Part shown: piece after piece, positions 52,600-59,239 of the stretch
How the letters are laid out: every line of letters begins with the position of its first letter
How positions within the stretch are numbered: the stretch's first letter is position 1
NCBI GenBank assembly: GCA_027006175.1
Contig: JALTKS010000038.1
Location: 24,080 to 88,079, forward strand
Source: Gammaproteobacteria bacterium
GTDB taxonomy: Bacteria > Pseudomonadota > Gammaproteobacteria > AKS1
Direction of reading: 5' to 3'
DNA length: 64,000 nt
Notes under the pieces: model-generated
The model's input: the letters and a program-made list of their open reading frames with translations, nothing else
Told to the model about the DNA's origin: nothing
The model's database searches: none
Made by a program: the position numbers and the translations under genes

Positions 52600-53727
52600 A
52601 TGCCCGATGACACCGAAGTAGAGAATGAAGAAATAGCCCACTTACTGGTGGTGGATGACTCACGTCTGATGCGCCGCGCTATCGGTAAAATTCTTGGTAA
52701 AGAATACCGCATTACCGAAGCGGCTGATGGAGAAGAAGCATGGAGTACGCTTCAAGAAATTGATGATATTCGAGTTATTTTTTCCGACCTTTCCATGCCT
52801 AATTTAGACGGTTTTGGTTTACTTGATCGTATACGCCAAAGTGATGATCCTGCTATCAATGAATTACCCGTGATCATTATTACTGGCGCGGAGGATGATG
52901 ACGAAACCAAACACAAAGCACTGCAAAATGGTGCCTCTGATTTTATTAGCAAACCTTTTGAATCAGTACAATTACGAACCCGTGCTAAAACACACGTTCA
53001 ACTCAATCAAACTCATAAGAAACTAACTGAAACCACATCTGAGCTTGAAAAGCAGGCAACAACCGATAGGCTAACAGGACTTAGTAATAAAAAATATTTT
53101 GATAGCCGTATTGTTAAAGATCTCTCTTATGCAAAACGACATCGCGGCGAACTGACCTTGGTACTATTAGAAATTAATGAATTCCATCGATTATTCCTGA
53201 AACGGGGTAAAGAAGTCGCTGATGACATTCTGAAACGTGTTGCCAATATCAGTTGTGCGGAAACCCGTAACGAGGATACGCTGGCACGTATTGGTTTAGC
53301 TAAACTTGCTTTTATTTTACCTTCTGCAAACAGGGTTGGTGCCAAGAAACTCGCGGATCGCGTTTCTGAACAACTCAATGAATTAGACGTTAATTTTAAT
53401 ATCGGTATTGCAGCGACAGACATTAACAATACAACATCTACCGATGACATTATCAACCTGGCGGAAGATCACTTACAGACTGCCATTAGCCAGCCAGGCA
53501 ACAGTATTGTTATAGATGAAATAGTAACCAAGTTAACGCCTTTAAATAGCCTGCCAGATATCGATACAGCAATACGATTATCCGGCAGCGCTGAAGCTGA
53601 ACGTTTACAACCTTATCTCGCGGTATTATTAAATAAGCTACTGCCTTTACTCAAACTATGCAATAAAAAGCTTGGTTTAGATATTGACGATGCCATTTCT
53701 AAAATTGAAAAACGGCTGAAAAAATAA
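52600..53727 (+). CDS. Response-regulator receiver fused to a degenerate GGDEF domain (A-site GLAKL, I-site RNED retained)
   Basis: 375 aa with an intact REC domain (LLVVDDS, IFSDLSMP, IIITG, SKPF). The GGDEF fold shows DRLTGLSNKKYF, LLEINEF in place of LLDIDHF, and RNEDTLARIGLAKLAFILP aligned to RxxDxxxRxGG(D/E)EFxxxLP. Confidence 0.85.
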   Translation: MPDDTEVENEEIAHLLVVDDSRLMRRAIGKILGKEYRITEAADGEEAWSTLQEIDDIRVIFSDLSMPNLDGFGLLDRIRQSDDPAINELPVIIITGAEDDDETKHKALQNGASDFISKPFESVQLRTRAKTHVQLNQTHKKLTETTSELEKQATTDRLTGLSNKKYFDSRIVKDLSYAKRHRGELTLVLLEINEFHRLFLKRGKEVADDILKRVANISCAETRNEDTLARIGLAKLAFILPSANRVGAKKLADRVSEQLNELDVNFNIGIAATDINNTTSTDDIINLAEDHLQTAISQPGNSIVIDEIVTKLTPLNSLPDIDTAIRLSGSAEAERLQPYLAVLLNKLLPLLKLCNKKLGLDIDDAISKIEKRLKK

Positions 53728-53735
53728 CCATTATA

Positions 53736-55412
53736 TTACTTACCGCGCTGTATTTCTGAATATTGCAAGGCCAATCTGGCCTGGTTTACAAATTGAATAA
53801 AACCTTTTTGCAATTCATCATTTACCTGTATTCCAGACGTGCCCATGTCAGCATAAAAAAGTCCGACAATTCTATCTCCCGCCCTTAGCGCTGCAATTGA
53901 AAAAGAACTTACCTTAACTTGTGAAACAAACTCTTTTGGCACCAGGTTTTTCCAATCCGGTGAATTTACATCATTCACCAATAACTCATTACCTTCGCGT
54001 AGAATTTTAATAAATAAATTTCTGTTATCTCTTACCTGTAAATCAAAATATTTTTTCAGATTATCCTGATTCTCACCTACACCTAATCGTACTTGTAATC
54101 TGGAATGGTCTGCATTCAACAAACACAATACTGCTCGATTAAAGTGCAATCCTTTATGAATCCCTTCCAGAACTTTTGCAAACACATGATGCACACCGGC
54201 AGACGAGCTAATTAAACCTGTTATATCCTGCAATATAGAAAGCTGGACCTGTAAATCAGCGCTTTTAATCAGCTTTTGCTTTGGTTTTTTTATAACCGAT
54301 TTAGCAGCAGCAATCTTTTTTGATACAGAACTGTCTTTTTTATTCTTTGCTGCGCTATCTGGTTTTTTATCTTTATTCAGTTGTTCTTCATCAAGATGTT
54401 CATCATCTGTAGTAGATCGCGTTCCTGCATAAAACGATAACTGTCTGGACATCTTGTTCAATAATGCATCGCTGGTTTCATGCACTGGTGGCATTAATAG
54501 CTTCATGTCAATACCGTAATCACTGGCCAGGTCGCAGCTATTACGAAAATTTTGTTGCATGCACTCTTCAATATCACTACGACTAATACCGACAGCATTG
54601 GCCATATCCTGATAAATTTCACCTAAACTGCTTTCTTGTCTGTTTTGTTTCCCAAAAAGCACTTCCAAACTTGAATTTGATAAGGATGATAATGCTTTAT
54701 TTATTTCGATAGGGTCCGTTAAGTTTTTGCTTGAGTTAGAACGATAATTTTGCATTGTTTTTATAACGTTATTTGAAAACCCCCACTGCTCACCCAACTT
54801 TTGGCCAACGGTGTAAAATGATAAACCTAATTGCTGCTGTTGCACCTTACTCCAACTTATATGGTTTTTTTCATCCATCAACAACATCTGCTTATACTTT
54901 TCAGGTAAGGCATAAGCAACAATAATTTCACCCAAACCATGCAGTAATCCACAGATATAACTTTGTTCAATATCTTTAACCCCTGCTTTTTCTGCAACTT
55001 CGCGTGCCATGCCTGCATTCAAGAATGCATTAACCAACATGCTATTCATATCAAAGCCATCATCACCGGTATTGAAACTTTCAATTAACTTCAACGTTAA
55101 GCAAAGACTTCTTATTGTTTCAAAACCCAGCAATATCACTGCACGAGAAATGATTGTAATCTTGCCTAAGCCTCGGTTATAAACACTTGAGTTCGCTAAC
55201 TGTAATAACTTCGTTGTGAGATTAGCGTCCTTCATCACCTCCACTGCCAATGACATAGCATCACTATCGCTATCACTGCTGATATGGCGTACTTTATTTA
55301 AAGTCGCACTAAAGATCGGTAAATCACCCAAATGAGATAATCGTTGTTCAATTTTTTTCAGTGTTTCAGCACCGTCAACTTCAGCTGTCTTGTGTTTCTT
55401 TTTCGCTGTCAT
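53736..55412 (-). CDS. HDOD domain - Lys-rich linker - GAF domain protein
   Basis: 558 aa with an N-terminal HDOD (LGDLPIFSATLNKV...DANLTTKLLQLANSSVY...ISRAVILLGFETIRSL). A basic low-complexity linker follows, then a C-terminal GAF-like domain (ILQDITGLISSS...NRAVLCLLNADHSRLQVRLGVG...IVGLFYAD). Confidence 0.8.
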   Translation of the reverse strand: MTAKKKHKTAEVDGAETLKKIEQRLSHLGDLPIFSATLNKVRHISSDSDSDAMSLAVEVMKDANLTTKLLQLANSSVYNRGLGKITIISRAVILLGFETIRSLCLTLKLIESFNTGDDGFDMNSMLVNAFLNAGMAREVAEKAGVKDIEQSYICGLLHGLGEIIVAYALPEKYKQMLLMDEKNHISWSKVQQQQLGLSFYTVGQKLGEQWGFSNNVIKTMQNYRSNSSKNLTDPIEINKALSSLSNSSLEVLFGKQNRQESSLGEIYQDMANAVGISRSDIEECMQQNFRNSCDLASDYGIDMKLLMPPVHETSDALLNKMSRQLSFYAGTRSTTDDEHLDEEQLNKDKKPDSAAKNKKDSSVSKKIAAAKSVIKKPKQKLIKSADLQVQLSILQDITGLISSSAGVHHVFAKVLEGIHKGLHFNRAVLCLLNADHSRLQVRLGVGENQDNLKKYFDLQVRDNRNLFIKILREGNELLVNDVNSPDWKNLVPKEFVSQVKVSSFSIAALRAGDRIVGLFYADMGTSGIQVNDELQKGFIQFVNQARLALQYSEIQRGK

Positions 55413-55513
55413 TCAATCTATCCACATAAGTGTGTTATATAGAGTATCCTTATGCGGTTTGTTATCGACACTCAGGGTCAATTCATTAGCGACAAAGGGT
55501 TTGACGGAAGAAT

Positions 55514-57403
55514 ATGCTTACTCATAGCAAACAAAAGTCATCTCAACGTATCTCAATAATGGCACTAACTGCCATTGTCATCGCTTTTATTGAGTTCTTT
55601 TTCGTTGATCTCATGCTTGGCATGGAGTCTCGACTCAGTGATCGCTTTGTGCTCTCTCAAGCCAGCAACCTCCGTACTGACCCGGATATCGTGATTATCG
55701 ATATTGATGAGTACAGCCTCGATAGTATTGGCAGAAAAGAAGGTTATGGACGCTATCCCTGGCCACGTGAATTACACGGCAAATTGCTTCAGGAAATTAT
55801 CAAGCAAAAACCTAAGGCAATTATTTACGATATCTTGTTCTCTGATCAAGACAATCAAGCTAAACACAACGATGAAACAAAGACCGCCAGCGATGACGCT
55901 TTTGGCAAGGTCATTCAGCAAACAAATAATATTTATTTTCCCATTTTAAGACTACCCGCCGAAAATGATTCTGAAAGCCAGATTATTCTGGGTAAATTTG
56001 GTTCTGCTCTGGGGTTTACTGCAACCGAGAAGGCTGATCCGATGGCGCGTATTTCATTACAATTACCCGGCATTCCTGCCGCCATTGATACGGGGCGTTT
56101 GGGTAACGTGCAATATATTGAAGATCCCGATGGGGTGGGTCGCCGCTACTTACTTTATACCGAAGCCTATGGCTGGCGTATCCCCTCCTTGCCGGCACGA
56201 CTTGCACGCGATCTTAATTACCCTATTCCCGATCAAGAAAGTATTCGCTTGCATTGGCGAGGTAAAAAATCTTCTTTTCATCATATTTCTTTTTATGATC
56301 TCTATGATGATTTTTTTAATCATCAAAAACCCCAGCGTAGTGCCAACGAACTTGAGGACAAAATAATTATCATTGGCGCATCCGCACCCTCATTGGGTGA
56401 CCGTCGCACAACCCCACTGGACAGCCTTTATCCAGGTGTTGAAATGTTGGCAACTGCTATTTCAAATTTAAAAAATAATCGCTACATGCAGGAACCGGAT
56501 CCGGTTTTTCCAGCCATTATGTCTCTGGTTATTATCCTCAGCCTGCTTTACGCGGTGCTCCATATAAGAAACTCATTTCGTATCTTTATCGGCTATCTGG
56601 CATTTACGATTATCTCACTTGGCATTAGTTATTTTGCTGTTGCCTCACTCCTCATTATTCCTTTGCTACGACCTTTATTATTTGGCTGGCTGTTTTACAC
56701 CTTTGCAGCGCTTTATGACTATCTTGAAGAAAAACAAACTCGAGAACGTTCCATGCGAATGTTCAGCCGTTTTGTCGACCCACGTGTCGTCAGTGATTTA
56801 GTCAGTGAAGGTGAAGAAGGACTCAATAAATATTTTAATGCACAGAGAATCCAATGTACGGTTCTCTTTTCTGATATCCGCGGTTTTACCACCATGTCGC
56901 AACATCGTGAGCCAGAAGAAATTGTTTCGCTGTTAAACCAGTACTTTTCACGTCAAACCAATGTTATTTTCCAGCACGGCGGTACCATAGATAAATTTAT
57001 TGGTGATGCCATTATGGCATTCTGGGGTGCGCCAATTACTGATCCCAACCATGCTCAACATGCAGTTGAGGCGGCTCTCGATATGGTTGAAGCCTTAACA
57101 TTATTCAAACAATCACTGGGCGGCGAACTCGGTGAAAGCTTTGATATTGGCATTGGGATTCATAGTGGCGAAGCCGTGGTGGGCATGATTGGCTCTGAAA
57201 CAAAACTCGATTACACCTGTATTGGGGATACCGTTAATACTGCCAGTCGGCTTGAAGGGCAAACCAAAGGCAGAGCCAGAATTCTTGTTTCCGCGGCGAC
57301 AAAAGCACTTTGTAATGATAGTATTAACTTTAGAGACCATGGTGCAGTCTCAGTGAAAGGCCGCGATGAATCGGTAAAAATATTTGAACCGCAACGAAAA
57401 TAA
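55514..57403 (+). CDS. CHASE2 sensor - class III adenylate cyclase
   Basis: 629 aa with an N-terminal TM helix and a periplasmic CHASE2 domain (DIVIIDIDEYSL...YPWPRELHGKLLQEI...AIIYDILFSDQD). Three TM helices follow, then the cyclase domain (VLFSDIRGFTTMS...GGTIDKFIGDAIMAFWGAP...GIHSGEAVVGMIG...DYTCIGDTVNTASRLE). A Lys/Thr specificity pair suggests ATP as substrate. Confidence 0.88.
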   Translation: MLTHSKQKSSQRISIMALTAIVIAFIEFFFVDLMLGMESRLSDRFVLSQASNLRTDPDIVIIDIDEYSLDSIGRKEGYGRYPWPRELHGKLLQEIIKQKPKAIIYDILFSDQDNQAKHNDETKTASDDAFGKVIQQTNNIYFPILRLPAENDSESQIILGKFGSALGFTATEKADPMARISLQLPGIPAAIDTGRLGNVQYIEDPDGVGRRYLLYTEAYGWRIPSLPARLARDLNYPIPDQESIRLHWRGKKSSFHHISFYDLYDDFFNHQKPQRSANELEDKIIIIGASAPSLGDRRTTPLDSLYPGVEMLATAISNLKNNRYMQEPDPVFPAIMSLVIILSLLYAVLHIRNSFRIFIGYLAFTIISLGISYFAVASLLIIPLLRPLLFGWLFYTFAALYDYLEEKQTRERSMRMFSRFVDPRVVSDLVSEGEEGLNKYFNAQRIQCTVLFSDIRGFTTMSQHREPEEIVSLLNQYFSRQTNVIFQHGGTIDKFIGDAIMAFWGAPITDPNHAQHAVEAALDMVEALTLFKQSLGGELGESFDIGIGIHSGEAVVGMIGSETKLDYTCIGDTVNTASRLEGQTKGRARILVSAATKALCNDSINFRDHGAVSVKGRDESVKIFEPQRK

Positions 57404-57427
57404 TATTTCGCATCACAGGAGGTGGTT

Positions 57428-57988
57428 GTGAAACAACTATTCTACTTTGCCCTGATTCTTTTCATATCAAGTACTAACGCCCTTGCTGCGGATAAAATCG
57501 GTGTTATTTCACGCGATGCCAATCTCTACGCAAAACCTTTTAAAGATGCCGATACCATTGCAGAATTGCCTGCAACAACGCCTATTATCATTCTTAAACG
57601 CAAAGGTGGCTGGTACGAAATCAAAGCCGCGGAAAAACAGGGTTGGGTAAGGCTCACTCGTGTTCGCCTCAACCGACAATCTGGTGCAACAAAAGAATCC
57701 ACTAGTGGCGTTGGCGAGTTACTCTCCGGTCTTGCTACCGGTCGTGGAAAATCCAGCCAGGACACAACAGCCACCGCAGTAAAAGGACTTAGCGAAGAAG
57801 AATTGCGTAATGCCGAACCTGATCTCGATGCACTTAACGCGCTCGATAATTACGCGATCAACGATGATGCCGGTGATAACTCCGGCTTACAAACCCGACA
57901 AATTGATTACCAACCGGGCACCGCAGCCAAATCTGACGACACAGCAACACCAGCTAAAAAAACCAGTTATGAGGAGGATGAAGAATGA
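57428..57988 (+). CDS. Secreted SH3b-domain protein with acidic disordered tail
   Basis: It has a signal peptide (…ISSTNALA/AD) and an SH3_3-like core (ANLYAKPFKDADTIAELPATTPIIILKRKGGWYEIKAAEKQGWVRLTRVRL). I prefer the GTG at 57428, which is 5 nt after AGGAGG at 57417-57422. The ORF track starts at 57422. It begins 24 nt after the cyclase stop. Confidence 0.7.
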   Translation: MKQLFYFALILFISSTNALAADKIGVISRDANLYAKPFKDADTIAELPATTPIIILKRKGGWYEIKAAEKQGWVRLTRVRLNRQSGATKESTSGVGELLSGLATGRGKSSQDTTATAVKGLSEEELRNAEPDLDALNALDNYAINDDAGDNSGLQTRQIDYQPGTAAKSDDTATPAKKTSYEEDEE

Positions 57989-58884
57989 TTGCACCTCTGC
58001 AAACACTCTCACTTCCTGCCCTCCTGCTGATGCTTAGCTTTTCAGCGCATGCCTTTGACTTTGGCAGTGTTCTTGGTGGCGGCGATGACTCTGGCGGCGG
58101 CTCGAACGTCTTCGACATTGGTGAAATGATCAGTGGTGTAAAAGACATCTCCCGTACTATTACCGGCATTGACGAGGAAGATGAAATCGAAATCGGTCGT
58201 GATGCCGCAGCCGTACTACTCGGTGCCTCAAAACCTGTTAATGATCCTGAACTACAGCGCTATGTAAACCGAATTGGTCGCTGGGTCGTTAACCAAACCG
58301 ACCGCGCTCACTTGCCCTGGCGTTTTGCTGTACTTCGCTCAAATGCAGTCAATGCTTTCGCAACACCTGGTGGTAATATCTTCATTACCGATGGTCTTCT
58401 CGACCTGCTTACAAGTGAAGCCGAACTTGCCGCGGTGATTTCTCACGAAGTGGCGCATGTGATTCAAAAACACCATATCAAGGCCATGTCGAGTCTCAAC
58501 ACCAGTGGGCTGTCAGGTGTTATTAAACTCGCTAGCGCGACCAGAGAAGGTCGCAGTAATCAAATGACCACCCAGTTAGTCGGCGAAGTAAAAGACATGT
58601 ATCTACGCGGCCTCGATAAAGGTGATGAGTTTGAAGCAGATAGCATGGGAACAGTGATCGCGAGCAGAGCCGGTTATGACCCGTTTGCACTCATGGCGGT
58701 ACTACAAACACTTGATAGCATCGATCCCGAAAACTCAGGGCTTGCACTACTCTACAAAACCCACCCTCCCGCCTCCGATCGCCTCGACAAACTCGAACCG
58801 GTGCTCGAGCAATTTGACGAACCCGCCGAAGAGTCACCCATGCTGCAAAAACGCTTTAATAAATACGTTGGCAAGCACTCGTGA
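57985..58884 (+). CDS. Periplasmic M48-family Zn metallopeptidase
   Basis: 299 aa with a signal peptide (…LSFSAHA/FD), HEVAHVIQKH, and a downstream GDEFEAD glutamate. Its ATG overlaps the SH3b gene stop (ATGA). Confidence 0.88.
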   Translation: MIAPLQTLSLPALLLMLSFSAHAFDFGSVLGGGDDSGGGSNVFDIGEMISGVKDISRTITGIDEEDEIEIGRDAAAVLLGASKPVNDPELQRYVNRIGRWVVNQTDRAHLPWRFAVLRSNAVNAFATPGGNIFITDGLLDLLTSEAELAAVISHEVAHVIQKHHIKAMSSLNTSGLSGVIKLASATREGRSNQMTTQLVGEVKDMYLRGLDKGDEFEADSMGTVIASRAGYDPFALMAVLQTLDSIDPENSGLALLYKTHPPASDRLDKLEPVLEQFDEPAEESPMLQKRFNKYVGKHS

Positions 58885-59104
58885 AACAATTTTAAGCTCC
58901 TCTTCCTCGCTGTTTATGCACAGCGCGTTAACAATCAATGAATTAGCGTCATAAAAATGTCACAAATTGTTACAAAACCCTATCGTTATAGTGAAACATA
59001 TTGATTTTATTAGCTATTATGGAAGTGTCGAAAAACTAACCAAACTAATAGAAGCCACTATTTTCACCGCAAAAAATGGCTATTTTATAATTTACTCCAC
59101 AGAC

Positions 59105-59127
59105 TTATCCACAGCTTTTGTGGACAA
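59105..59127. promoter_or_regulatory. Pair of inverted DnaA-box-like 9-mers upstream of priA
   Basis: TTATCCACA (59105-59113) is a perfect match to the E. coli consensus. TGTGGACAA (59119-59127) is the reverse complement of TTGTCCACA, one mismatch from TTWTNCACA. The two are separated by 5 nt and lie about 115 nt upstream of the priA ATG in an AT-rich spacer. Confidence 0.35.
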
Positions 59128-59239
59128 CTTTCATTCTTCTATTACGCTCAATGACTTAAAGAAATATCGCCTGATTTCACATTCAATTTTGCCCATTTTA
59201 GTGCGTGAAGCGTCTGATTCATCATGCTAGAGTGCGCCC

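Noticed and set aside
58967-59230. 87-codon open frame in the AT-rich spacer upstream of priA.
   Set aside because: It has only a TTG (or an internal GTG) start, no ATG and no Shine-Dalgarno. Its composition is very AT-rich and Ile/Phe/Lys/Ser-rich, and it contains the DnaA-box pair. I treat it as non-coding but flag it as checkable by ribosome profiling.
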